This document shows positions 40,568-50,094 of a DNA stretch of 64,000 bases, piece after piece. The notes under the pieces were generated by a model. The model was not told where the DNA came from. It worked only from the letters and a program-made list of their open reading frames with translations, and did no database searches. Each line of letters starts with the position of its first letter. The stretch's first letter is position 1. The position numbers and the translations under genes are program-made. This stretch comes from Candidatus Omnitrophota bacterium (GTDB lineage Bacteria; Omnitrophota; Gorgyraeia; Gygaellales; Profunditerraquicolaceae), in NCBI GenBank assembly GCA_026387335.1, contig JAPLLX010000004.1, positions 255,045-319,044 on the forward strand, read 5' to 3'.

Positions 40568-40777
40568 ATGTGTTTAGGCATACCCATGAAGATCAGAAAG
40601 ATCAACGCTGATTTTGCCGAGGTTGAATCCGGTAGGCTCTTGCGTAATATCAATATCCAGATGCTCTCCGGGTTAAAATTGGGGGATTATGTCTTGGTTC
40701 ACGCCGGTTTTGCCATCCAAAAAGTTGACCCGGCCCGGGCCAAAGAAACTTTGAGGATAGTCGATGAAATACGTTGA
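40568..40777 (+). CDS. hypC: hydrogenase maturation factor HypC
   Basis: N-terminal MCLGIP, GDYVLVHAGFAIQKVD; 69 aa. Confidence 0.85.
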   Translation: MCLGIPMKIRKINADFAEVESGRLLRNINIQMLSGLKLGDYVLVHAGFAIQKVDPARAKETLRIVDEIR

Positions 40778-41852
40778 TGAATTCCGTTCTCCCCGGCTGG
40801 TTGAGAAAATCGCCGCTAAGATTACCGCGCTAAACCCCGGGAAGAATATTAATATTATGGAAGTCTGCGGAACGCATACGCATAATTTCTTCCGTTTCGG
40901 GTTAAATAAGCTCTTACCTAAAAATATAAGATTAATTTCCGGGCCGGGTTGCCCGGTTTGCGTAAGCCCGCAGGCCTACATTGATGCCGCTATTGAACTA
41001 GCCAAAAACAAAAATATCATTATCGCTACTTTCGGCGATATGCTGCGCATACCCGGAAGCGCGTCCAGCCTGGAAAAAGAAAAAGCGAAATCCGGAAACG
41101 TGGTTGTGGTATACTCTCCACTGGACGCGGTTAGATTGGCTGCCGCTAATCCGGATAAAAAAATAGTATTTTTAGCGGTAGGGTTTGAGACTACCGCTCC
41201 GGCAATAGCCTTAAGCGTCCTGGCCGCCAAAAATGGTAAGCTCAAGAATATCTCTTTTTTTTCCGCGTTAAAACTGATCCCGGCGGCTATTGCTTATTTA
41301 TTGCTGGATAAACGGCTTAAAATAGACGGCTTTTTGTGCCCCGGGCATGTCTCAGCAATCATCGGGACAAAAGATTACGCATTTATCCCGAAAAAATACC
41401 AGATAGCTTGTTGCGTTACGGGATTTGAGCCGGTGGATATTTTGGAAGGGGTATATATGATCCTTGAGCAGATAGTCCGGCATAAACCCTATGTCGCCAA
41501 TCAATATTTGCGCATAGTCACTAAGGCGGGGAATACAAAAGCCAAGAAAATAATGAAGAGGGTTTTTAAAATAAGCGATTCTAACTGGCGCGGTTTTGGG
41601 ATAATAGCGGATAGCGGCCTGGAGTTAAGAAAAGAATTTGCGAGCTTGAACACCGCGCAAGTTTTTCCTCTCCGCTTAAAGAGCAAATCAAAATTCGCCA
41701 GGCTTTGCAGATGCGCGGATATCTTAAAGGGGCTTATTTCCCCGACCAGCTGCTTATTGTTTGCTCGCCGCTGCAGACCGGATAGCCCAATAGGCCCGTG
41801 TATGGTTTCAAGTGAGGGCGCGTGTAATGCTTATTACAGGTTCAGGAACTAA
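40764..41852 (+). CDS. hypD: hydrogenase maturation factor HypD
   Basis: CGTHTH, GPGCPVCV, FETTAP motifs; 362 aa. Confidence 0.88.
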   Translation: MKYVDEFRSPRLVEKIAAKITALNPGKNINIMEVCGTHTHNFFRFGLNKLLPKNIRLISGPGCPVCVSPQAYIDAAIELAKNKNIIIATFGDMLRIPGSASSLEKEKAKSGNVVVVYSPLDAVRLAAANPDKKIVFLAVGFETTAPAIALSVLAAKNGKLKNISFFSALKLIPAAIAYLLLDKRLKIDGFLCPGHVSAIIGTKDYAFIPKKYQIACCVTGFEPVDILEGVYMILEQIVRHKPYVANQYLRIVTKAGNTKAKKIMKRVFKISDSNWRGFGIIADSGLELRKEFASLNTAQVFPLRLKSKSKFARLCRCADILKGLISPTSCLLFARRCRPDSPIGPCMVSSEGACNAYYRFRN

Positions 41853-41868
41853 GAAAGGTAACTAAGGT

Positions 41869-43839
41869 ATGCCTAAAAGCGACTATTTAGGAAAAGAAAA
41901 ACGCCGGTACGTACGTTTAGATACGGTCTTTCCGGTACAATTCTATTTGATTAGCCTTGATGGAAAAAGCACTTTATCCGCAGAGTTGCAGGGCTTTACT
42001 AACAATTTGAGTAAGGGCGGGATATGTTTGTCTGTGCATAACCTGGATTCCCAATCAGCGCAATTGCTCAAAGAACACAAGGCAAATATCTCTTTAATCA
42101 TAGATATACCTATTGCCAAAAAACCTATCCGCGCGGTAGCTTGCGCGGCCTGGTTAAAAGAAGATCTTACGAGCGGCAATAAATGTTACATCGGTCTGCA
42201 TTATGAGTTTATTGATAAGGCCGCTAATAGCAAGCTGATGCGTTATGCTTGGGGCAGGAAGTTATTTATCCCGGTTGCTTTAACGGCGATTATTTTATTA
42301 GGGTTGGTCCTGGCCTTAAACAGTTTTATAAATAATAAACTGGAAGAAGGGAATAGGGCTCTGGTCCGCAAGCTCGCCAGTGTTATCCAGGAGGCCGGTC
42401 TAGCCAAGCAAAAAATAAAGGATGTCAGCCAGGAGAAAGAAAGTTTACAGGGTCAGATCCAGGGGTTAGAGTCGCGGATTAAGGCAACCGAAGATGAGCG
42501 GGCTAAGTTTAAGGATAATACCAGCGTTGAAATCACCGAGCAATCCCGGAAGATATCGGAAAAATCCCAGAAGATAAATGAATTTAATATCTTGCTCCGG
42601 CAGTTATCTCAGGAAAAAGAGAGCCTTAAACAACAGCTGGCCTCGGTTAAGATCAAAGAGAGCGTTATATCCGAAGAGCTTTTTCTAATAGATAAAAAGA
42701 AAGCGACATTAGAAAAGGCGAATCTGGATAATATGTACCAATGGATAAAGGTGCATCAGAATCCGCGCACCGGGTTAGTCATGAGCTTTGAGGGTGACAG
42801 CGATATAAGCGAATGGGCGTTTATATATGACCAATCCCTGGCTGCGCAGGCTTTTACCAACTTCGGAGATTTTGAGCGCGCGCAAAAAATGCTGGATTTT
42901 TTTAGTAACAAGGCCAAGAGAAAAGACGGTTTATTGATGAACGCTTATTATGTTAATGACGGCACTCCCGCGGAATTTATAGTGCATAGCGGGCCCAACC
43001 TGTGGCTGGGTATTGCCATAGCCCAGTATACCCATAAGACTAAGGATAGAAAATATCTTAATCTGGCCGAAGATATCGCCGGAGGTATTATTAGCCTGCA
43101 GAACCAGGATAAAGACGGTGGCCTGCGCGGCGGCCCGAGCGTAGAGTGGTATGCTACGGAGCATAACCTGGATGCCTATGCGTTTTTTAATATGCTATAT
43201 AGCCTGACGAATAATCAAAAATATCTTGCTGCGCGCGATAAGATCCTTGGTTGGTTAGTCAAGCATACCTATGATAAAATGGATATACCGGTTAAACGCG
43301 GCAGGGGTGATTCCACTATAGCTACAGATACTTATGCCTGGTCGATTGCGGCTATAGGCCCACAGAAGCTCAAAGATTTAGGAATGAGCCCGGAGAGGAT
43401 TATGGAGTTTGCCGAAAATACCTGCGTAGCCGAGGTTGCTTATACCAAGCCCGATGGCCAGAGAGTCAGGATAAAGGGTTTTGATTTCGCGCCTCAAAAG
43501 CACGTGGCCCGCGGCGGGGTGGTTTCGTCAGAATGGACCGCGCAAATGGTCATTTCGTTTAAGATAATGGCGGATTATTACCTAAAGAAAGGAATGAGCG
43601 CTAAAGGGAATGATTATCAGCTGAAAGCGGATGAATACCTTTCTTCTTTAGGGAATATGATTATATCCAGCCCTTCTCCGTCGGGCCAGGGGGAGAGCTG
43701 CCTTCCTTACGCCAGCCAGGATTTCGTAGATACGGGGCACGGCTGGTTTACTCCCAAGGGTAAAGATACCGGTTCGGTTTCCGGGACCGCGTACACGATT
43801 TTCGCCTACTATAACTACAATCCCCTGGAATTTAAGTGA
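41869..43839 (+). CDS. PilZ-domain membrane protein with coiled coil and a C-terminal (alpha/alpha)-toroid-like domain
   Basis: N-terminal PilZ (RRYVRLDTVFPVQF ... DLSKGGICL), TM helix LFIPVALTAIILLGLVLAL, ~170 aa coiled coil, C-terminal ~330 aa domain (WAFIYDQSLAAQAF..., six-hairpin glycosidase-like); 656 aa. Confidence 0.55.
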   Translation: MPKSDYLGKEKRRYVRLDTVFPVQFYLISLDGKSTLSAELQGFTNNLSKGGICLSVHNLDSQSAQLLKEHKANISLIIDIPIAKKPIRAVACAAWLKEDLTSGNKCYIGLHYEFIDKAANSKLMRYAWGRKLFIPVALTAIILLGLVLALNSFINNKLEEGNRALVRKLASVIQEAGLAKQKIKDVSQEKESLQGQIQGLESRIKATEDERAKFKDNTSVEITEQSRKISEKSQKINEFNILLRQLSQEKESLKQQLASVKIKESVISEELFLIDKKKATLEKANLDNMYQWIKVHQNPRTGLVMSFEGDSDISEWAFIYDQSLAAQAFTNFGDFERAQKMLDFFSNKAKRKDGLLMNAYYVNDGTPAEFIVHSGPNLWLGIAIAQYTHKTKDRKYLNLAEDIAGGIISLQNQDKDGGLRGGPSVEWYATEHNLDAYAFFNMLYSLTNNQKYLAARDKILGWLVKHTYDKMDIPVKRGRGDSTIATDTYAWSIAAIGPQKLKDLGMSPERIMEFAENTCVAEVAYTKPDGQRVRIKGFDFAPQKHVARGGVVSSEWTAQMVISFKIMADYYLKKGMSAKGNDYQLKADEYLSSLGNMIISSPSPSGQGESCLPYASQDFVDTGHGWFTPKGKDTGSVSGTAYTIFAYYNYNPLEFK

Positions 43840-44474
43840 GAAACAGATTAGGCTTAATTTACAGTAAGCTGCATTCCCATTTCGGGCCGCAACATTGGTG
43901 GCCGGCAGAGAGCCCTTTTGAGGTCATGGTCGGCGCGATCCTTACCCAGAATACCAGCTGGCAAAATGTAGAGAAGGCGATAGCCAATTTAAAAAAACAC
44001 CAAGTATTAAACCCGCGTAAAATTTATAATTTACCGCAGGCTAAACTCGCTCGCTTAATACGCAGCACCGGCTACTATAATCTAAAAGCCAGGCGCCTGA
44101 AAGAGTTCTTGAAGTTTTTTATCAATGAATATGCTGCGAGCGTAAAAAAAATTTCTCAGGCCAAGTCCGGTTCTCTGCGTAAAGAGCTGCTTATGGTAAA
44201 AGGAATAGGCCCGGAAACAGCGGATTCAATCTTGCTTTATGCTTTAAACAAACCCGTTTTTGTCATTGACGCCTACACTAAAAGGATATTCTCCCGCCAT
44301 AAATTACTGCCGCCGGACTGCGCTTATCCGCAAGCGCAAGGTTTATTTATGTCGGGGTTAAAAAAGGACGCGCGATTATTTAATGAATACCACGCTCTTC
44401 TGGTAGCGTTGGCCAAAGCCTATTGCCGTAAGTCCAAACCCAAATGTTCTGTTTGCCCACTGGATTTTCTCTGA
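43836..44474 (+). CDS. HhH-GPD superfamily DNA glycosylase (endonuclease III-like)
   Basis: VMVGAILTQNTSWQNVEKAI, LMVKGIGPETADSILLYAL (HhH-GPD), C-terminal CRKSKPKCSVCP partial Cys cluster; 212 aa. Confidence 0.7.
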   Translation: MRNRLGLIYSKLHSHFGPQHWWPAESPFEVMVGAILTQNTSWQNVEKAIANLKKHQVLNPRKIYNLPQAKLARLIRSTGYYNLKARRLKEFLKFFINEYAASVKKISQAKSGSLRKELLMVKGIGPETADSILLYALNKPVFVIDAYTKRIFSRHKLLPPDCAYPQAQGLFMSGLKKDARLFNEYHALLVALAKAYCRKSKPKCSVCPLDFL

Positions 44475-44507
44475 TATTTTGTTATAATAAGATTAGAGTA
44501 ATTTAAG

Positions 44508-45614
44508 ATGATTAATAAAACACGCCTTATCAGTCTTACCCGTAAGCTTATCCGGATAAATTCTGAAAATCCTCTCCGTGATGAACGTAGAATAGCTGAG
44601 TTTGTGCAGGCCTATCTTAAAAGGCTAGGGTTTAAGACCAGGATTTATGAATTTAAGGCCAGGCGCTCTAACGTGGTGGCGTATTTAGAGAGCCCCGGAA
44701 GCAAGCATGCGTTGCTTATTACGCCGCACCTGGATACTGTCCCCGCCGGAAAGAATTGGAAATTCAATCCTTTTACGGGCAAGATAGCCAACGGCAGGAT
44801 TTACGGCTTAGGCGCGACCGATTGTAAAGGTAATCTGGCTTGCGCTATGGAAGCGATAAACAGCCTAGTTCAAGACGGAAGAGTTTTGGGTTATAACCTT
44901 ATATTTGCGGCTACTGCCGATGAAGAGAGCGGCTCAGGCTTAGGGTTGATCCCGCTTTTGGATAAGAAGATCTTAAAGCCCGACGCCGCGTTAGTCTTGG
45001 ACTGCGAAGATTTTGAAATCATTGTTGCGCAGAAAGGTCTTATACATCTTAAAGTTAAGATAGAGGGCAAAAGAGCTCACGGTGCCTATCCTCATCTGGG
45101 TACTAATGCCATTGACCTGGCCCTGGAAGTTATAAGACAGATAAAAAACTACAAAAAAAACCCTACGGTCAATGTTGGCACAATCAGGGGAGGAGATAAG
45201 GTGAATGTTGTGGCTGACTGGTGCGAATTTGAACTGGATTTCAGGTTCTTGCCGGGAATGCGGCCGAAAGATATAATAAGCCGGCTTAAAAGTATTTTAA
45301 AGAAATACACAAAAAAATACAAAATAGAAATTGCCGGGATCCAGCAGCCTTATCAAATATCCGAAAAGCACCCTTTAGTCGGTTATTTAAAAAAGGCGAT
45401 GGCCAGCCAAAAAATTACGCCGGCCATAGAAGGCTCCGCGGGAGCGACGGTAATCACCTTTTTTCAGCATAAAAACATTCCGGCAATCGCCTCGGGATTC
45501 GGCTCAAGCGGGCAGGCGCATACCCGTAATGAATATGTAAAGATTGATAATCTTTACCGGGGCGCGCAAGTTTTAGAAAAATTTCTTACGGACTATTTAT
45601 CAAAGGAGCGATGA
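44508..45614 (+). CDS. M20-family metallopeptidase (ArgE/DapE-type deacylase)
   Basis: HLDTVP, GATDCKGNLA, ATADEESGS metal-binding motifs; 368 aa. Confidence 0.8.
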   Translation: MINKTRLISLTRKLIRINSENPLRDERRIAEFVQAYLKRLGFKTRIYEFKARRSNVVAYLESPGSKHALLITPHLDTVPAGKNWKFNPFTGKIANGRIYGLGATDCKGNLACAMEAINSLVQDGRVLGYNLIFAATADEESGSGLGLIPLLDKKILKPDAALVLDCEDFEIIVAQKGLIHLKVKIEGKRAHGAYPHLGTNAIDLALEVIRQIKNYKKNPTVNVGTIRGGDKVNVVADWCEFELDFRFLPGMRPKDIISRLKSILKKYTKKYKIEIAGIQQPYQISEKHPLVGYLKKAMASQKITPAIEGSAGATVITFFQHKNIPAIASGFGSSGQAHTRNEYVKIDNLYRGAQVLEKFLTDYLSKER

Positions 45615-46582
45615 TGGAAGGGATTAAAATTCTTAAAAGGCCGCGCTTAAAAAAACCGTATCTTATTGTTGCTTGGCCGGGGATGGGAGAAGTAGCTTTT
45701 AAGGCCGCCTCTTACCTTGTAGAGCAATTAAAGGCGCAGGAGTTCGCTTCTATAAACCCTGAGGATTTCTTTTATCTGGCCGGAAGCGTAGTCAAGGATG
45801 GTTTATTAAACGTGCCGCTTCTTCCGGAGAGTAAATTTTATTTCTGGAAGAATAAAGAAGGCAAAAATGACCTGATTATCTTTTTAAGCAATGCCCAGCC
45901 GGATTTAGCCCGGGCGGAAAGCTATTCCAAGATAATTATCCAGGTAGCTAAGAATCTGAAGACGGAGAAGGTGATTAGTTTTGCTTCTATGCCCCTGGCT
46001 GTTGACCATACTCAGGATTCCGGAGTATGGTTTGCCGCTACTTCGCCGGATTTAAACAATAGCCTTAAAAAATTACATCTGAATAGTTTAAAAGAGGGCC
46101 AAATCAGCGGCATGAACGGTCTCTTTTTGGGTATGGCTAAGAGAGAGGGGCTGGAGGGCGTCTGCCTTTTAGGCGAAATCCCGCTTTATACCATTCAGAT
46201 TGAAAATCCTAAAGCATCTGCCGCCGTCCTAAGCGCCTTAGCCATGATCATAGGTATACATATTGAGACATCCGGACTTATCGCGCAGGCGCAGACTATG
46301 GAAGAAGAGATCAATAAACTTTTAGAATTTTTAAAACTCGCTCCCGCCGCCGCGCAGCCGATCGGCGAAGAGGATATAGAAAAAATAAAAAAGACCTTAA
46401 ACCAGCTTACCAAGCTGCCTGTTTCCATAAAGGAGAGAATAGAGCAGCTTTTCTCTGAGGCCAAGACAGAGATCTCCAAGGCCAGAGAGTTAAAAGTTGA
46501 GCTGGATAAGTGGAGTGTTTATAAAGAATATGAAGACAGGTTTCTGGATTTGTTTAAAAAGACCGGCGAAAAAAATAATTGA
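45611..46582 (+). CDS. PAC2-family (proteasome assembly chaperone 2-like) protein
   Basis: N-terminal KPYLIVAWPGMGEVAFKAASYLVEQL is typical of PAC2/DUF75; 323 aa. Confidence 0.55.
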   Translation: MMEGIKILKRPRLKKPYLIVAWPGMGEVAFKAASYLVEQLKAQEFASINPEDFFYLAGSVVKDGLLNVPLLPESKFYFWKNKEGKNDLIIFLSNAQPDLARAESYSKIIIQVAKNLKTEKVISFASMPLAVDHTQDSGVWFAATSPDLNNSLKKLHLNSLKEGQISGMNGLFLGMAKREGLEGVCLLGEIPLYTIQIENPKASAAVLSALAMIIGIHIETSGLIAQAQTMEEEINKLLEFLKLAPAAAQPIGEEDIEKIKKTLNQLTKLPVSIKERIEQLFSEAKTEISKARELKVELDKWSVYKEYEDRFLDLFKKTGEKNN

Positions 46583-47205
46583 TGGCTGAGAGCATAGAAG
46601 TAGTTTTGTTGGATTTAGGCAATGTCCTGGTTGATTTTGATTATAGAATCAGCGCTAAAAGAATTTCGCATTTTTGCGCCAAGTCCCCGGAAGATATCAT
46701 TAAACTCTTTTTTTCATCCGCGGCCACGCTTTCTTTTGAAAAGGGTGAGATCTCTCCTCAAGATTTTTTTGGCCAGGTCAAAGAGATGTTGGGTCTAAAA
46801 CTCTCTTACGAAGCCTTTGTCCCGATCTGGAACGAGGTTTTTTTCTTAAGCGCGAAAAACCGCGGTGTTTTTAGCCTGGTTAACTATTTAAGAGAGTATT
46901 ATAAGGTAGCCCTGATTTCTAATACCAATATTTTGCACTACGAGTATTTAAAAAAACATTTTCCCGTATTTAATATTTTTCATAATGTATTTGTATCCTG
47001 CGAATTAGGATTAATTAAGCCGGACCATTTGATTTATCAAAAAGTGCTCCAAACTCTGAATGTCCCGGCGCAGAGAGTATTTTATACCGACGATAGAATA
47101 GACCTGGTCCAAAGCGCTAAAGAATTGGGGATTAAGGCTTTTGTTTTTAGCGGAGTCCGGCGGCTTAAGGCCGATTTGTTAAGCTTGAATATTACCGTTA
47201 ACTAA
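46579..47205 (+). CDS. HAD-superfamily hydrolase
   Basis: Motif I LLDLGNVLVDFD, C-terminal motif IV region; 208 aa. Confidence 0.7.
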   Translation: MMAESIEVVLLDLGNVLVDFDYRISAKRISHFCAKSPEDIIKLFFSSAATLSFEKGEISPQDFFGQVKEMLGLKLSYEAFVPIWNEVFFLSAKNRGVFSLVNYLREYYKVALISNTNILHYEYLKKHFPVFNIFHNVFVSCELGLIKPDHLIYQKVLQTLNVPAQRVFYTDDRIDLVQSAKELGIKAFVFSGVRRLKADLLSLNITVN

Positions 47206-47206
47206 T

Positions 47207-48214
47207 ATGCTGACCAAAAGAATATTGCTTGGGCACGGAAGCGGCGGAAGACTGACCCATAACCTCATAAAAGAGGTCTTGCTTAAGAAGTTAAATAATC
47301 CCATCCTTAGGGAACTCTCCGATAGCGCCGTCATCGACTATAAAGAAAAAATCGCTTTTACCACGGATTCTTTTGTAGTCAGCCCGTTATTTTTCCCCGG
47401 CGGGGATATTGGAAAACTGGCGGTAACCGGCACGCTAAATGACCTGGTCATGCTGGGGGCTATCCCGGAGTATCTTTCTTTAGCTTTAATTATGGAAGAA
47501 GGGCTTGATCAGGCTATTTTAGAAAAGATAATTTCTTCCATATCTTTTTACGCCAAAAAATCCGGGGTCAGCATTGTTACCGGAGATACGAAAGTAGTAG
47601 AGAGAGGCGCCGTAGATAAATTATTTATCAACACCTCCGGGATAGGCCGGCTTGTATCCACGAAAAGGCTTTGTTTAAAAAATATCGCGCCGCGGGATTT
47701 AATCATCATCACCGGTAATATCGCCGAGCACGGCTTAAGCGTGTTGGCTAAAAGAAAGGAACTGGATTTAGGATTTAACATTAAAAGCGATTGCAATCCT
47801 TTAAACGGATTAATCATCCCGCTTTTAAAAAAATGCCCGGGAGTAAAATTTATGCGCGACCCCACCCGCGGAGGTGTCGCTACAACCTTAAATGAAGTCG
47901 CCGAGGGTACAAATCTGGGCGTAGTCATCAACGAGAAAGATATTCCGGTTTCCGCAAAGGTCAGGGTTGCCTGCGAGCTATTAGGCATAGACCCCTTATA
48001 TGTCGCTAACGAAGGAAAAGCGTTATTAGTGGTTGATCCTAAAGAGGCCGCTAGAATCGTCCGTTTTTTACGAAGGCACCCGTTAGGCCGCCGCTCAAAA
48101 ATCATCGGCGAAATAGTCAAAGAACCCCAGGGCAGGTTATTACTGCGTACTGTTTTTAACGCGGAACGCGTTTTAGATATGTTGACCGCGCAAACTTTAC
48201 CGAGGATATGTTAA
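47207..48214 (+). CDS. hypE: hydrogenase maturation carbamoyl dehydratase HypE
   Basis: LLGHGSGG N-terminus, PurM-like fold, C-terminal PRIC (the cysteine that carries the carbamoyl/cyano group); 335 aa. Confidence 0.88.
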   Translation: MLTKRILLGHGSGGRLTHNLIKEVLLKKLNNPILRELSDSAVIDYKEKIAFTTDSFVVSPLFFPGGDIGKLAVTGTLNDLVMLGAIPEYLSLALIMEEGLDQAILEKIISSISFYAKKSGVSIVTGDTKVVERGAVDKLFINTSGIGRLVSTKRLCLKNIAPRDLIIITGNIAEHGLSVLAKRKELDLGFNIKSDCNPLNGLIIPLLKKCPGVKFMRDPTRGGVATTLNEVAEGTNLGVVINEKDIPVSAKVRVACELLGIDPLYVANEGKALLVVDPKEAARIVRFLRRHPLGRRSKIIGEIVKEPQGRLLLRTVFNAERVLDMLTAQTLPRIC

Positions 48215-48215
48215 A

Positions 48216-48953
48216 ATGAAATCATCCAGATATATGCGGCGATTCTATCGTGATTGGGCCAAGGCCAAAGAACTTTATTCTACGCGGGTGACTGCGAAAG
48301 AAACAGACTTGCAGATTTTTACCAATAAGCCCTTAAAACCGGATTTTGTTGAAGAGAGGATACGCTCTTACCGCTGGGATATAGAAAATTACATCAACAA
48401 AGACCACCGCTTCCTTACCGCCTTAAAACCTATCCCCGTTGAAATCAACGCCGCCTTAATCGTAAAAGATATGAGCAAGCAGGCGCAAATGGCGAATGTC
48501 GGTCCGATGAGCACCGTTGCCGGAGCAATCGCCGAATTTCTGGGCAAGGATTTATTAAAAGCCGGATACAAAGAAGTGATTATAGAAAACGGAGGGGACA
48601 TCTTCTTAAAAACCCGTAAGACCCGTCGGGTCGGCGTATATGTGGGCCGTTCAAAATTGTGGAACAAGTTGCAGTTAGAGATAAAACCCAAAGATACGCC
48701 TTTAGGTATTTGCACGTCTTCGGGTACGATCGGCCATTCTTTAAGCTTTGGTTGCGCTGACAGCGTAGTGATTATTTCTAAGAGCGCTTCATTAGCTGAT
48801 GCCGTAGCTACCGCGACAGCTAACCGCATAAATTCTAAAGAAGATTTACAGAGGGCTTTGGACTTTGCGCGCTCCATTAAAGGAGTTTTAGGAGTAGTCA
48901 TTATTTTAAAGAATAATCTGATGACCTGGGGAAAGGTGGAATTTGTCCGTTAA
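48216..48953 (+). CDS. UPF0280/ApbE-like protein
   Basis: GPMSTVAGAIAEF...IENGGDIF resembles the ApbE FAD-transferase core; 245 aa. Confidence 0.5.
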   Translation: MKSSRYMRRFYRDWAKAKELYSTRVTAKETDLQIFTNKPLKPDFVEERIRSYRWDIENYINKDHRFLTALKPIPVEINAALIVKDMSKQAQMANVGPMSTVAGAIAEFLGKDLLKAGYKEVIIENGGDIFLKTRKTRRVGVYVGRSKLWNKLQLEIKPKDTPLGICTSSGTIGHSLSFGCADSVVIISKSASLADAVATATANRINSKEDLQRALDFARSIKGVLGVVIILKNNLMTWGKVEFVR

Positions 48954-49065
48954 ATTTCTTGACAAGTACAGTATATTGTGATAAAAAAACATTATAAATA
49001 CAATATTTAGCGTAATCTTTTAGGAGGTATTAAACTTAAATTGGAAAAATAGGCGTAAGTAGGAG

Positions 49066-49095
49066 GGCTCTTTAGCAGATTAAGAGCCTTTTTTT
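49066..49095 (+). terminator. intrinsic terminator-like hairpin 8 nt upstream of the Ddl-like operon start codon (possible attenuator)
   Basis: GGCTCTT-tagcagatt-AAGAGCC followed by TTTTTTT; a sigma70-like promoter TTGACA-16-ATAAAA lies at 48959-48986. Confidence 0.5.
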
Positions 49096-49103
49096 ATAAT
49101 AAT

Positions 49104-50090
49104 ATGAAAATAGTCGGATTAACCTACGATTTAAGGACAGATTACCAGTTTAAAGAAGGCGATCCTCTGGATGCCAACGCCGAATTTGACCATCCTTCAA
49201 CTATCGACGTTATTGCTGACGCCATTGCGGCCAACGGTTTTAAAGTAGAACGCATCGGGAATGCCGGAAATCTTCTGGATAAGATCTCTTCTTTAAAAGT
49301 AGATATAGTCTTTAATATTTCCGAAGGTCTTACCGGAAGGAACCGGGAATCACAGGTCCCTATTCTGCTGGAAATGGCCGGTATCCCATTTGTGGGAGCA
49401 GACGCCTTGACCCTGGGCCTGACTTTAGATAAGGTGATGGCCAAGAAGATTTTTATCTCCGAGAAGATTCCCACCCCGAAATTTTTTGAAGTCAGTTCGG
49501 TCGGCGAGCTGACCAATCTTAACCATCATAAGTTCCCGTTAATAGTCAAGCCGCGCTTTGAGGGTTCTTCCAAGGGTTTAAGCGAGAGTTCCCGGGTAGA
49601 AACCAGAGAAGAGTTGGCTAAGCAGGTTGAGTATGTTATAAGCGCCTATAAACAACCGGCATTAGTGGAAGAATTTATCTCCGGCCAGGAGTTCACCGTA
49701 GCTTTAGTCGGAAACGATCCGGTTGAAGTCCTTCCGATTGTCCAGATCAAGATTGACGGGAGGTTAAAATTAAACGACAAGTTCTATACTTTTGCCCGGA
49801 TCACTTCGGATAGATTAGAATATATCTGTCCCGCGAAGATCTCCAAGGAGTTAAAGAAAACAATCGACAAGTTGGCCCTAAAGACTTATAAGTCGGTAGA
49901 GTGCCGGGATTTCGGCCGGGTGGATTTCCGCGTGGATAATGAAGGCAATCCTTATGTCTTAGAGATTAACCCTCTGCCCTCACTTTCTACGGAAGATGTA
50001 TTTATGCTGTTGGCGAAAAATATCGGCATAACTTATGAGCAGATGATCGGGAAAATCTTAAACAGCGCGATCAAGAGGCATAATCTTTAA
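49104..50090 (+). CDS. D-alanine--D-alanine ligase family ATP-grasp enzyme (short, atypical), paralogue 1
   Basis: VDIVFNISEGLTGRNRESQVPILLEMAGIPFVGADALTLGLTLDKVMAKKIF aligns with the Ddl N-terminal/central domain; ATP-grasp C-domain ...EINPLPSL; 328 aa. Confidence 0.7.
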   Translation: MKIVGLTYDLRTDYQFKEGDPLDANAEFDHPSTIDVIADAIAANGFKVERIGNAGNLLDKISSLKVDIVFNISEGLTGRNRESQVPILLEMAGIPFVGADALTLGLTLDKVMAKKIFISEKIPTPKFFEVSSVGELTNLNHHKFPLIVKPRFEGSSKGLSESSRVETREELAKQVEYVISAYKQPALVEEFISGQEFTVALVGNDPVEVLPIVQIKIDGRLKLNDKFYTFARITSDRLEYICPAKISKELKKTIDKLALKTYKSVECRDFGRVDFRVDNEGNPYVLEINPLPSLSTEDVFMLLAKNIGITYEQMIGKILNSAIKRHNL

Positions 50091-50094
50091 TAAA

